A stretch of 64,000 bases of DNA from positions 16,621-80,620 of the forward strand of contig CAWIRB010000007.1 of NCBI GenBank assembly GCA_963838415.1, given 5' to 3'. Source of the DNA: an uncultured Acidobacteriaceae bacterium. Its GTDB lineage: Bacteria; Acidobacteriota; Terriglobia; Terriglobales; Acidobacteriaceae. A model generated the notes under the pieces. The model was not told where the DNA came from, made no database searches, and saw only the letters and a list, made by a program, of their open reading frames with translations. The position numbers and the translations under genes are program-made. Shown here piece after piece: positions 29,031 through 38,197 of this stretch. Position 1 is the first letter of the stretch, and each line of letters begins with the position of its first letter.

Positions 29031-29135
29031 AACCCGCCTAGCATACCACCGACCGGGACCCGGTTGGTGTGAGATCGGTCACAGAAGATTCGAATGTCGA
29101 ATCCGCGCTTGCCACACTTCCCGGTCACCTCGAAA

Positions 29136-29168
29136 ACAAAAAAAGAGACGCGGCCAACCGCGTCTCTT
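29136..29168 (-). terminator. rho-independent terminator downstream of the HAF-repeat gene
   Basis: Perfect 10-bp stem AGAGACGCGG/CCGCGTCTCT with a 4-nt loop. On the minus strand it is followed by a run of 8-9 T. Confidence 0.65.
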
Positions 29169-29188
29169 TCCCAGAAGCTTGCCCTTTT

Positions 29189-30496
29189 CTACTTGTTAAC
29201 CACTTGCCCAAGCGCGTTGTATTTGGTCGGCAGATAATTCCCGTCGCCGCTGTATTCCGCCACTACCGCGTGCGTTCCCACCGGAATCGCCGAGGTCGTG
29301 AACTCCGCCACCCCGCCCTTTAACTGCGCCGATCCCAGAACCTGCCCGCTCACCACAAACTCCACCGTCTCCCCGTCCGGCGGCGGTCCCGCAATCGAGG
29401 TCAACTTCGCCGTAAACGTCACCGCCTGCCCCAATACCGAAGGGTTGGCCGACGAACTGAACGTAGCCGTCATCTTCGGAACTAAAACCAGGTCGCCCCT
29501 GCTGGTCGAGATGGCCACCACTCCGGCGTCATTCACTTCCACCGAGTATGCTTGCTGCTTGGCCGCCAATCCTGCCAGCGCAGTTAGATCCTGCATGCCT
29601 CCGGTCGGAGTCCACAGGAATCCGTGCTGCACGCCGTTCCCCGTCGTCAGCGACGTTCCCGCAATCCATCCCTTGCTGTTTATGCTCAGAGCCGTACTTT
29701 CGTCGCCACCCAAAGTCCCCAGATCCTTCATTCCCCCCGCCTGCGTCCACGAGAATGCGTGCCGGTAAGTCGCCACCGGCGATTGCCCCACCACCGTCCC
29801 CGAACTGTTGATCGCCAATGCCAGCGTCCCCGCCGGACCCAGATTCTGCAAACCTCCAGCTTGCGTCCAGAGAAAACCAACCGTGTTGAGGCTGCCGTTG
29901 GGAAAGTAATACCCCACCACCTGGTTCGAGGCATTGATGGCCACCGCCGTCGCCCCTCCGATGCTGCTGCTGCTGAGGCCCGGGGTCAGATCCTGCATCC
30001 CCCCAGCCGCTGTCCACAGAAACGCATGCTGCGTGTTCGCCGCAGTGTACGAGAGCCCTACCACCGCTCCAGAATCGTTGATCCCACTGGCCGCGCTCAA
30101 ATTGCCCCCCAGCGAACCCAGCCACTGCACCCCGCTCGTCGGCCGCCAGACGAAAGCCTGCAAGTTGCCGGAATGGTCCGGATCCCCCGCCCCCACCACA
30201 TCGCCCGAGCTGTTGATCCCAGCACCCCCACTGTTCGTACCCGTCAGCCCAATATTCTCCGCACCGTTTAGCCGGCCCCACGTCGAAACCTGATACGAAC
30301 TGCTGTTGCCCGTGTTCACCAGTACCTGACCGCCGCTGTTGATCGCTGTCACTGAATTGGGACTCGATCCCGGCACCTTTACCACGCTGAACACACCCTG
30401 CGAATATGCGCAGGCCGACAACCACAGAGCAACCACCGCAACTCGGTTTACATTTTTCACTGTGACCCATCCTCCTTTGAGGAGCGCTGAAATCAA
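29189..30496 (-). CDS. secreted HAF-repeat protein with C-terminal Ig-like domain
   Basis: Repeated ..HAF(L/S)WT..GGMQDLG.. units, then Big-like ..VTFTA...GTV.F..G..LG...L..G.A.. . Confidence 0.7.
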   Translation of the reverse strand: MISALLKGGWVTVKNVNRVAVVALWLSACAYSQGVFSVVKVPGSSPNSVTAINSGGQVLVNTGNSSSYQVSTWGRLNGAENIGLTGTNSGGAGINSSGDVVGAGDPDHSGNLQAFVWRPTSGVQWLGSLGGNLSAASGINDSGAVVGLSYTAANTQHAFLWTAAGGMQDLTPGLSSSSIGGATAVAINASNQVVGYYFPNGSLNTVGFLWTQAGGLQNLGPAGTLALAINSSGTVVGQSPVATYRHAFSWTQAGGMKDLGTLGGDESTALSINSKGWIAGTSLTTGNGVQHGFLWTPTGGMQDLTALAGLAAKQQAYSVEVNDAGVVAISTSRGDLVLVPKMTATFSSSANPSVLGQAVTFTAKLTSIAGPPPDGETVEFVVSGQVLGSAQLKGGVAEFTTSAIPVGTHAVVAEYSGDGNYLPTKYNALGQVVNK

Positions 30497-30768
30497 CTGA
30501 CTCCGGCGAACTCGCGACTACTACGCCCCACAAAGTGCAAGCATCGTGCCATCTTAAACCTCCAGTGTCAATTCAAGATCAGCCGTTAAATCTATGAAAA
30601 TATGTTATTTACATTCGCATGCACAAAGACTGAACTCTTCTTGTCCGTCTGTGCAGCAAGTTGCAGACACCCCATGGGAATGGAACTTCCCACACCAAAC
30701 GTAACCAGTTACCCGCTACAATGGTCGGTTCAGTCTCCCACCCCAGTCCGTCATCCAAGAACTCGTAT

Positions 30769-30840
30769 CTGAGAACCGGGAACTGAGAACTGATCTCCCG
30801 GCAACTGGGAACCGGGAACTGGGAACTGATCTCCCGGCAA
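30769..30840 (+). repeat. 2 x 36-bp tandem repeat built from CYGRGAA heptamers, each unit with a CCGGGA..TCCCGG hairpin
   Basis: Read directly. Units 30769-30804 and 30805-30840 differ at 2 positions. Confidence 0.9.
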
Positions 30841-30914
30841 CCGCCACGGGTGACCGACAACTGCGCGCCTCTGACCAACCTCTCCCCGACCAGCCTTCCC
30901 CAGACGAACTGTGG

Positions 30915-31343
30915 ATGGAAGAAGCCCTCCGCTGTGCCCAGCGCGCCTTGGAGGCGGACGAAGTGCCCGTGGGCGCGGTCGTGATCTGCGCCGGTCGCAT
31001 CGTGGGACGCGGATGGAATCGCAACCTCACCGACTGCGATCCCACCGCTCACGCGGAAATCGTGGCCCTCCGCGACGCCGCGCGAAACATTGGTAACCAC
31101 CGCCTGGTCGATTGCGAACTGTTTGCTACAATTGAACCGTGCGCCATGTGCGCGGGAGCGGCCGTTCATGCTCGCCTCCGCCGCCTGGTGTTCGGTGCCG
31201 ACGACCCCAAGGCGGGCGCCATCCATTCGATTTTGCAGGTGGCAAATCACCCCAGCCTGAATCATCAGATGGATATACGTGGCGGCGTTTTGGCGGGACG
31301 TTCAGCAGAATTGTTGCAGCAGTTTTTTCGGATGCGTCGTTAA
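30915..31343 (+). CDS. tadA: tRNA adenosine(34) deaminase
   Basis: HAE...PCAMCAGA zinc-binding deaminase motifs in a ~142-aa protein. Confidence 0.9.
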   Translation: MEEALRCAQRALEADEVPVGAVVICAGRIVGRGWNRNLTDCDPTAHAEIVALRDAARNIGNHRLVDCELFATIEPCAMCAGAAVHARLRRLVFGADDPKAGAIHSILQVANHPSLNHQMDIRGGVLAGRSAELLQQFFRMRR

Positions 31344-31396
31344 TGGTTGGCAGTCGCTAAAAACGCGGCTTCAGTCTGCTGATCAACTCGTTTTCC

Positions 31397-31486
31397 GGAG
31401 AGGTGCGTGAGCGGTTGAAACGATCCGCCTCGAAAGCGGACATACCTTAACGGGTATCGTGGGTTCAAATCCCACCCTCTCCGCCA
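31397..31486 (+). tRNA. tRNA-Ser (anticodon CGA), encoded CCA
   Basis: Acceptor GGAGAGG/CCTCTCC, anticodon stem TCCGC/GCGGA with loop CTCGAAA, long variable arm, T-arm GTGGG TTCAAAT CCCAC. Confidence 0.9.
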
Positions 31487-31510
31487 TTTTTCCCTATTGC
31501 TGAGGAGCCT

Positions 31511-31810
31511 TTGAACTCTCCCCTTCAAACTCCCTTTGACAGCGTCGAGAATGCCCAGCAATACGTGCGCCTCCTGATCGAGGCCATCACCGAAGCCAAA
31601 AATGATATTGCTACCGACCTCGGCGCCGCCACCGCCGCCAAGTCCGAACGCCGGGTGCAGGCTCTCCAAATCGTCCAGTTTAAGTTGGACCGACTGGAAC
31701 AACATCTCAATACCAGCAGCCGGCTCCTCAATGATCTACGCACCCTGAGACGGCTTCTGCTCGATGAACGTTCCGAACCCACGCCCACCGGACACGGTTC
31801 CGCCGCCTGA
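31511..31810 (+). CDS. hypothetical small helical protein (TTG start)
   Basis: ORF only, with coiled-coil-like composition. Confidence 0.3.
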   Translation: MNSPLQTPFDSVENAQQYVRLLIEAITEAKNDIATDLGAATAAKSERRVQALQIVQFKLDRLEQHLNTSSRLLNDLRTLRRLLLDERSEPTPTGHGSAA

Positions 31811-31848
31811 ACCCGGCCACGATTCAAGCCAATTTCACGTGCGCTCGT

Positions 31849-32388
31849 TCACGCTCTCAATTTCTCGGCAAACTTCTTCTCCAGCTTGGCCAGCTTCGGC
31901 GAGATCACAAACATGCAATAAGGCTGCCGCGAGTTCTCGTTGTAGTAGTTCTGATGATAGTTTTCGGCCGCGTGAAATTCTTCGGCGGGCTCGACCGCGG
32001 TCACAATCGGCTCCGGGAACGCCTTGGCCGCCGTCAACTCCGCAATCGTATTCTCCGCCATCCGCTGCTGTTCCTCGTCGTTGTAAAAAATCACCGACCG
32101 GTATTGCTCGCCGGCATCGTTTCCCTGCCGGTTCATCGTGGTCGGATCATGCACCGCGAAAAATACTTCCAGCAATTCACGATAGTTGATGAGGTCGGGA
32201 TCGAACGTTACCCGCACCACTTCCACATGCCCCGTGTCGCCGTTGCACACCTGGCGATACGTCGCCTGGTCGGCGCGTCCGCCCATGTAGCCCGACTCGA
32301 CATGGGTCACGCCAGTCAACCGCTGGAACACCGCCTCAATGCACCAGAAACATCCGCCCCCAAAAACCGCTGTTTGCTCTTTGGCCAT
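31849..32388 (-). CDS. msrA: peptide-methionine (S)-S-oxide reductase
   Basis: GGGCFWC active-site motif near the N-terminus, in a ~179-aa protein. Confidence 0.9.
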   Translation of the reverse strand: MAKEQTAVFGGGCFWCIEAVFQRLTGVTHVESGYMGGRADQATYRQVCNGDTGHVEVVRVTFDPDLINYRELLEVFFAVHDPTTMNRQGNDAGEQYRSVIFYNDEEQQRMAENTIAELTAAKAFPEPIVTAVEPAEEFHAAENYHQNYYNENSRQPYCMFVISPKLAKLEKKFAEKLRA

Positions 32389-32492
32389 GAGGATTGGATG
32401 CAGATGCGTGGAGGAAAGTACCCAGTATCCAGTCGTGCCATGAGGATTGGATGCAGATGCGTGGGGGAAAAGTACCCAGTATCCAGTCGTTG
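32386..32492 (-). repeat. 53/54-bp tandem duplication that includes the msrA start codon and leader
   Basis: Units 32386-32438 and 32439-32492 are near identical (CATGAGGATTGGATGCAGATGCGTGG.GGAAAGTACCCAGTATCCAGTCGT.G). Confidence 0.9.
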
Positions 32493-32532
32493 CATTTCTG
32501 GGTACTGGATACTGGGTACTGGGTACTTTTTT
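32467..32532. terminator. 16-bp-stem hairpin flanked by A-run/T-run between the mqn gene and msrA (potentially bidirectional)
   Basis: AGTACCCAGTATCCAG (32471-86) pairs with CTGGATACTGGGTACT (32505-20). T6 follows on plus and T4 on minus. The right arm lies in a CTGGRTA heptamer array. Confidence 0.5.
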
Positions 32533-32533
32533 G

Positions 32534-33665
32534 CTACACCGACACCGTAAAGGAAGTTTCCGTCCGCGTAACCGCCCGGTAAAGCGTATCGCGCTCGATC
32601 GGTTCCCGCCCCGCCTCCGTGATCAGCCGCACTAGATCGTGCCGCCGCAGCCCCTGGGGAGTGGTCGCGCCGGCATCGTGATAAATCTTTTCCTCGACCA
32701 CGGTCCCATCAATATCGTCGGCTCCAAAGCGCAACGAAATCTGCGCAATCTTCGGCGTCATCATCTGCCAGTAAGACTTGATGTGCGCGAAAGTTATCGA
32801 GCACCAGCCGGCTCACCGCAATCTGCTTGATGTCGGTCATTCCCGTGGTCGTAAAAAGATGTTGCAGCGGCGTGTTCGCCGGATGAAACGCCAACGGAAT
32901 AAACGTCTGGAACCCGCCCGTCTCATCCTGCAAGGCCCGCAGCTTAAGCAGGTGGTCAACCCGGTCCTCATCGTTTTCGATGTGGCCATAAAGCATCGTC
33001 GCATTCGACTTCAGCCCGATCTGATGGGCCAGGCGCGCGGTATCCAGCCATTGATCGCCGTCAATCTTGTGGTCGCAGATAATGTGCCGCACCCGGTCGG
33101 CAAAAATCTCCGCCCCGCCGCCCGGCAAGGAATCGACCCCCGCCTCTTTCATCTTTTCCAGCGTCTCGCGGATCGTCAACTTCGATCGCTTCGCCAGATA
33201 AGCCACTTCCACCATGGTGAAAGCCTTCATGTGCACCTGCGGAAACCGCTCCTTCAATCCCGAAACCAGATCCAGAAAATATTGGAATGGCAAATCAGGA
33301 TGCAGCCCCCCCACAATATGAAACTCCGTGACCGCCTCGCTGTAGCCCGAAGCCGCCGTCTGGAAGGCTTCTTCGAGCGCCATCGTGTAAGCGCCCGGAG
33401 TATCTTTCTTTCGTCCGAACGCGCACAACCGGCAAGCCGCCACGCAAACATTCGTCGGATTGATATGCCGGTTGACGTTGAAGTACGCCTTGTCCCCATG
33501 CATCCGCTCGCGAACCCAGTTCGCCAGCCAACCCACCGCGAGAACGTCGCCCGTCCCATAAAGAGCTAGCGCATCCGCCTCGTTCAGGCGTTCGCCCGCA
33601 AGAACTTTATCTTTGATTGGGACCAGGCGAGGGTCGTCAGTCTGAAATGCGTGCGCGTTCGGCAT
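32534..33665 (-). pseudogene. radical-SAM menaquinone (futalosine pathway) enzyme, MqnE/MqnC (CofH family), interrupted by a +1 frameshift near 32790
   Basis: ORF 32709-33665 carries CxxxCxxC (CVAACRLCAF) and the family body. ORF 32534-32764 carries the expected C-terminus (..KIAQISLRFGADDIDGTVVEEKI..). Removing one T/A from the AAA run at 32790-32792 would join them as ..LDNFAHIKSYWQMM.. . Confidence 0.7.
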
Positions 33666-33687
33666 CTATTTAATAATAACCCAGCCC

Positions 33688-33730
33688 GGTGCCCCAGGTT
33701 CGCGCCCGCCCTTTGGGCGCTAACCTGGGA
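33688..33730 (+). repeat. REP-like hairpin element, isolated copy
   Basis: GGTGCCCCAGGTTCGCGCCCGCCCTTTGGGCGCTAACCTGGGA. Nested stems are CCCAGGTT/AACCTGGG and GCGCCC/GGGCGC. Confidence 0.85.
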
Positions 33731-33870
33731 TGTGCGCCGCCCGGTAGGCGCCGTTCGACTCCGCCTTACGACCCGCGACCGGGCAGCTATACAATTAGAA
33801 AAATATTTCTTTGTCCTTCACGCCGTCATGAAAACATATAGTTATCAGACAATCATCAGCGAGTACTTCC

Positions 33871-34146
33871 ATGCTCGATACCCATGCAAGCCACTCCTTG
33901 ACCGATTCCCTGCGCAACCATAAGACACATCTCAAGCGCCTCAAAAAGACGCAAGCCCCGCAAGTGCTGACCGTGAACGGCAAGGCCAAAGTCGTTGCCC
34001 AGGACGCGGCCAGCTACCAGCAAATGCAAAACCGCTTGCGCTACATGGAGACCCTCGCGGCCATTCAGCAAGGAATGGCGACCGCGGAACGCGGCGAACT
34101 GAAGCCCGCCGCTCAGGTGTTGGACGAGATGCGCACCAATGTATGG
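33871..34146 (+). pseudogene. Phd/YefM-type antitoxin gene lacking the expected stop codon
   Basis: N-terminal ..SLTDSLRNHKTHLKRL..QAPQVLTVNGKAKVV..DAASYQ pattern. The frame runs on antisense through ubiA to 35205. Confidence 0.4.
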
Positions 34147-34316
34147 CCTACCGCGTTAGTCTCGCCGCACCTGCTGTGGCGGACGACCATGCGGCCTTTG
34201 AACGCATACGCGCCGCAGCTCCAAGGCACTCTCGGAAGTGGCCTATACGATTATTCCAGGCCATTTTCAGCTTGGAAAAACTTCCCGCCCGCTGCCCCGT
34301 CATCCCCGAAACGTAG
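34143..34316 (+). pseudogene. truncated ParE/RelE-family toxin (57 codons)
   Basis: [57 protein letters not shown] matches the N-terminal half of ParE-type toxins. The C-terminal half is missing. Confidence 0.5.
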
Positions 34317-35184
34317 GCGATCCCCGCACCAGCAAATCTCCCGCGACAAACAAAAAGAACACCACCGAAATGACTCCATTCATCGTGAAAAACGCCGCAT
34401 TCAGTTTGCTAAGATCGTCGTGCCGCACCAGCGTGTGTTCATAGAGCAAAAGCACAGCCACTGCAATCACTCCCACGACAGCCAACTTGCCCAACCCAAA
34501 AGTGACCACCAGCGCGACCAGCAACCCAAGCATCATGATGTGAAACAAACGCGCGATGACCAGCGCGTTCCTGATTCCGAGATAACGCGGAACAGAGTGC
34601 AGGTCATGACTCCGGTCGAAGTCGTAATCCTGGCAAGCATAGATCACATCAAATCCACCGACCCAGAACGTCACCGCCGCGGTCAGCAGCAATATCCGCG
34701 GATCGAGCGACCCGCGAACCGCGATCCACGCAGCTGCCGGCGCGATCCCAAGCGCAAATCCAAGCACCAGATGCGACCAGCGCGTAAATCGTTTGGTGTA
34801 GGAATACAGCAGAATCACCGCCAGCGCCACCGGCGAAAGCATCAGCGTCAAGCGATTCAACTCCGCAGCGGCCAGCACAAATATTCCGCACGAAACCAGC
34901 ACAAACGCCGTCACAAACGTAGCCGTCAACTGTCCCACCGGCAGCGCGCGAGTTGCTGTCCGAGGATTGGCCGCGTCAATCGAGGCGTCCGCCAGCCGGT
35001 TGAACGCCATCGCGGCCGACCGCGCCGAGACCATCGCAACGACGATCCACGCCACTTGCCGCCAGCCCGGCAAGCCTCCCGCCGCCAGCATCGCTCCGCA
35101 GAGCGCAAACGGGAGCGCGAAAATCGAATGCTCCCACTTGATCATCTCCAGCGTGATCTTGAGATTTCGAAGGAGGGACACCAC
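34300..35184 (-). CDS. UbiA-family aromatic prenyltransferase (possibly the futalosine-pathway MqnP type)
   Basis: Multi-TM protein with [15 protein letters not shown] (NxxxDxxxD-like) motif. It neighbours the mqn gene. Confidence 0.75.
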   Translation of the reverse strand: MVSLLRNLKITLEMIKWEHSIFALPFALCGAMLAAGGLPGWRQVAWIVVAMVSARSAAMAFNRLADASIDAANPRTATRALPVGQLTATFVTAFVLVSCGIFVLAAAELNRLTLMLSPVALAVILLYSYTKRFTRWSHLVLGFALGIAPAAAWIAVRGSLDPRILLLTAAVTFWVGGFDVIYACQDYDFDRSHDLHSVPRYLGIRNALVIARLFHIMMLGLLVALVVTFGLGKLAVVGVIAVAVLLLYEHTLVRHDDLSKLNAAFFTMNGVISVVFFLFVAGDLLVRGSPTFRG

Positions 35185-35236
35185 AGTATTGTAAAGCAGG
35201 CGTAAGTGGAGAATAACTCAACCCGCGATCAACGTA

Positions 35237-35899
35237 CTAGCCACTGTTCTCAGGTCCCTCCACCAGCGGCACAAACCTGCAACCCTCGAGAATCCTCACC
35301 TCGGGCCGCCCGTTGATTCTGCGAATCAACTGCAGTTCCTGGTCGGACGAAGGTCCCACCGGCACCATCATCCGTCCGCCCTCCCGCATCTGGCCGAACA
35401 GCGCTGGCGGCATCTCACGTGTTGCCGCCGAAACGAGAATGGCATCGAACGGCGCGTACTCCAGCCACCCAAGACGTCCATCGCCAACTCTGATTCTAAA
35501 ATTGCGATACTCCAATCGATTAAGCGCAGTTTCAGCAAATGCCGCCAGTTGCATATGGCGCTCCACCGAATACACCTCGGCACAAATCAGAGCCAGCAGC
35601 GCCGTTACGTATCCCGAACCAGTTCCGATTTCAAGCACGCGATCGGTGCTTTGCAACGCGAGCCGCTCCAGCATCGCCGCCACGATATAAGGCTGTGAGA
35701 TCGTCTGGCCTTCGCCAATCGGCAGCGGACGATCTTCATAAGCATCCCGCCTCAGAGACTCCGGCACAAATTCGTGCCGCGGCACTCGCACCATGGCCTC
35801 GAGCACGCGCCGATCCCAGATTCCCCGCGCCGCAAGCTGCGAACTCACCATGGCTTCGCGCTGCTCCCGGAAACGGTCGTGCTGAGAAGTAAAGTCCAT
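35237..35899 (-). CDS. pcm: protein-L-isoaspartate O-methyltransferase
   Basis: ..VPRHEFVP...QTISQPYIVA...VLEIGTGSGY.. motifs. Confidence 0.85.
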   Translation of the reverse strand: MDFTSQHDRFREQREAMVSSQLAARGIWDRRVLEAMVRVPRHEFVPESLRRDAYEDRPLPIGEGQTISQPYIVAAMLERLALQSTDRVLEIGTGSGYVTALLALICAEVYSVERHMQLAAFAETALNRLEYRNFRIRVGDGRLGWLEYAPFDAILVSAATREMPPALFGQMREGGRMMVPVGPSSDQELQLIRRINGRPEVRILEGCRFVPLVEGPENSG

Positions 35900-35977
35900 T
35901 GGCAGGCAGTCCAGAGCCTTTGCCGCACATGCCTTCCCCCGTGTTGCCCGCGGCGTTTCAGAGCCGCAGATCACCCC

Positions 35978-37177
35978 CTAATACGGCCCGATGATTCCAC
36001 CAATACTGCGCGCTGCGAGCGGCCGCGCCTTCTTCTCCTGCGCTTCCATCAGGTCAAGATACTTATAGGCCGTCCCCGTATTGAAGAGCACGACCTTGTC
36101 ATCGGCGCGGAAGAAGCCACTGGCCCGCAGCTTCTGATATGCCACCAGCGACGCGGCTCCTTCCGGCGCGGCGAACACGCCTTCCACGCTGGCCCAGTGC
36201 CGCAAGGCCAGAAGGATTTCCTCGTCGGTAGCCGCAACCGCAGTACCATTGCTTTTCTTCAAGATGTCCAGAATCAGGTAATCGCCATACGCTTTCGGCA
36301 CGCGCAGGCCGGAGGCAAACGTCGCGGCGCCGGCCCACATTTCCGATGCGCTCTTCCCTTCTTCCCAAGCCTTCACAATCGGCGCGCAACCAGCCGCCTG
36401 CACCGTAATCATCTTCGGCCGCTCCGAACCGATCCAGCCCAACTCCTCCATCTCATCAAAGGCCTTCCACATGCCGATCATCCCCACACCACCGCCCGTC
36501 GGATAAATGATCCCTTGCGGCAGTTTCCACCCGAACTGTTCCGCAACCTCGTATCCCATCGTCTTCTTGCCCTCGACCCGGAACGGCTCCTTAAGCGTCG
36601 AGACATCAAACCATTCTTCTTCGTCCTTGCGTTCTGCCACCATGCGCCCGCAGTCGCTGATCAACCCGTCAACCAGCGTGACATGCGCGCCGTAGTAGTC
36701 GCACTCCATGCGGTTCGCCAGTGGCACATCTTTCGGCATAAAAATGTAGGCCTCGATGCCCGCCGCCGCCGCGTAAGCCGCCAGCGCGCCCCCGGCATTC
36801 CCAGCGGAAGGAGCGGCCAGCTTCTTCAATCCATAATGTCGAGCCATTGTCACAGCCGCCGACATGCCGCGCGCCTTGAACGATCCAGTCGGATTCAGCC
36901 CTTCATCCTTAATGAAAACGCCCGCCTGCTCGCGGCTGGCAAGCAAAGGCGTGAATCCCTCGCCGAGCGTGACCGGCAGAGCGTCGGGTAGAACCTCCGC
37001 GTAACGCCACATGCTGGCCACGCGCCCCGACAGAATTTCCGGACGCAACTTCCCTTTCAGGCCCCCCAGTTCGTAGCGCACGTAAAGCACGCCGCCATCT
37101 TTAGGACAGACATTCTGCGGACGGTCAGCCGAGAGATGCTCTCCGCAACGAGTGCATTCAAGGTAAGAAATTCGCAT
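35978..37177 (-). CDS. thrC: threonine synthase
   Basis: N-terminal Zn-ribbon-like C..C..CP.DGG, PLP lysine motif SFKARG, and a GGGxG loop. Confidence 0.85.
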   Translation of the reverse strand: MRISYLECTRCGEHLSADRPQNVCPKDGGVLYVRYELGGLKGKLRPEILSGRVASMWRYAEVLPDALPVTLGEGFTPLLASREQAGVFIKDEGLNPTGSFKARGMSAAVTMARHYGLKKLAAPSAGNAGGALAAYAAAAGIEAYIFMPKDVPLANRMECDYYGAHVTLVDGLISDCGRMVAERKDEEEWFDVSTLKEPFRVEGKKTMGYEVAEQFGWKLPQGIIYPTGGGVGMIGMWKAFDEMEELGWIGSERPKMITVQAAGCAPIVKAWEEGKSASEMWAGAATFASGLRVPKAYGDYLILDILKKSNGTAVAATDEEILLALRHWASVEGVFAAPEGAASLVAYQKLRASGFFRADDKVVLFNTGTAYKYLDLMEAQEKKARPLAARSIGGIIGPY

Positions 37178-37294
37178 CGAGGGAAGGATAGCACTTTGGC
37201 GGTTGGCACCGACGTGGGTACCAGCCTTAGCCCGTGAGTTTGAGCTCATCGCCCGCATCAACTAAGCTAGAAATGCACGAGCTTCATTGGGCAG

Positions 37295-38086
37295 ATGAAT
37301 ACCCTATCAGACAATGCGGAGATCGTTGGTTGCTTCGCCGTAGTCGCGAACCGATTTTGTTCGATGGTAGATTCTGCATCGAGCATGGAGAGATCTGACC
37401 TACTCCTGCAGATTTACCAGATACTCCCGAAACTGATCGACAAAGCTATCAGCCTACCCGATGTCAAACTAAGCAACAGCGACGATCCGATCGAAGAAAG
37501 TGGCCAGCCCGCAGTCCGGGCAAACGTCAGACAGAGCGTGCAAGAATGGGGTCAACTCTACAACTTGCTGAAAGAGAAACTAGGGGACTGGGATCGCTAT
37601 TGGCAGGTGTTCGATCCAACTGAGGACGACGAAGCAATCTTCGGAACTCTAGCCGACGATATTGCCGATGTCTACCGTGACTTGAAAGAAGGACTCGTCC
37701 TGATCGAAGAGCATGAAGCCCCTCCAGAAAAGATCATTTGGAATTGGCGACTTTTGTTCTACTCGCATTGGGGCAAGCACGCGATGGATGCGTTGCTAGC
37801 AATTCACTTTCGACTGCAGAGCACACTCTCCTTGCCGGTTCTGCCGGAATTCGCGGATAGTCTTTTAAGCATCTCCTTTGCTCGCCGGAACCGCGACTCC
37901 GAGTTCAGGCACGTCGCTCCCACCGCTGTGGATCGCGGCTTCCGTGAAAACACGCGATCACTACCAGGGCGCCAATTTCGACGCGGAAGAAAAGTCCGTA
38001 AGGAAATTTACGCAGGCGCGCGCGATGAACATCTCGAAAAACTATCGGGAACTGGTGGGGATTTTCCTGCAAACGGAGGACGGTAG
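37295..38086 (+). CDS. DUF5063-like hypothetical protein
   Basis: ..LADDIADVYRDLKEGL...WNWRLLFYSHWGKHAMDAL.. pattern. The last ~60 codons overlap the convergent toxin gene. Confidence 0.45.
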   Translation: MNTLSDNAEIVGCFAVVANRFCSMVDSASSMERSDLLLQIYQILPKLIDKAISLPDVKLSNSDDPIEESGQPAVRANVRQSVQEWGQLYNLLKEKLGDWDRYWQVFDPTEDDEAIFGTLADDIADVYRDLKEGLVLIEEHEAPPEKIIWNWRLLFYSHWGKHAMDALLAIHFRLQSTLSLPVLPEFADSLLSISFARRNRDSEFRHVAPTAVDRGFRENTRSLPGRQFRRGRKVRKEIYAGARDEHLEKLSGTGGDFPANGGR

Positions 38087-38195
38087 CTTCAACTTCTTCG
38101 CGAAAACGCATTCCAAGGCCGGGATGCCTGGCTTCGTACCAATCCTGAGCGTCCAAGAGTTCAGCACGCGCAGGTGGTGTAATGATCACTTGCAT
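37905..38195 (-). CDS. ParE/RelE-family type II toxin
   Basis: 96 aa: ..A..EL.DA.DWY...P.LG..F...V......L.ENP..FP........R..L.KFPY.LFF... pattern. Confidence 0.7.
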   Translation of the reverse strand: MQVIITPPARAELLDAQDWYEARHPGLGMRFREEVEATVLRLQENPHQFPIVFRDVHRARLRKFPYGLFFRVEIGALVVIACFHGSRDPQRWERRA

Positions 38196-38197
38196 CG

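Noticed and set aside
30609-31265. 218-aa minus-strand ORF
   Set aside because: It is antisense to the clearly recognisable tadA gene and runs across the 36-bp tandem repeat.
33731-33790. tRNA-like fragment (..GGCGCCGTTCGACTCCGCC..) next to the REP copy
   Set aside because: A TTCGA-containing loop is present, but the stem geometry is non-canonical (11-nt loop) and no acceptor, D or anticodon arms can be drawn.
33871-35205. 444-aa ORF
   Set aside because: Only the first ~90 codons look like a Phd-type antitoxin. The rest is an Arg/His/Gln-rich antisense read-through of the ubiA-like gene.
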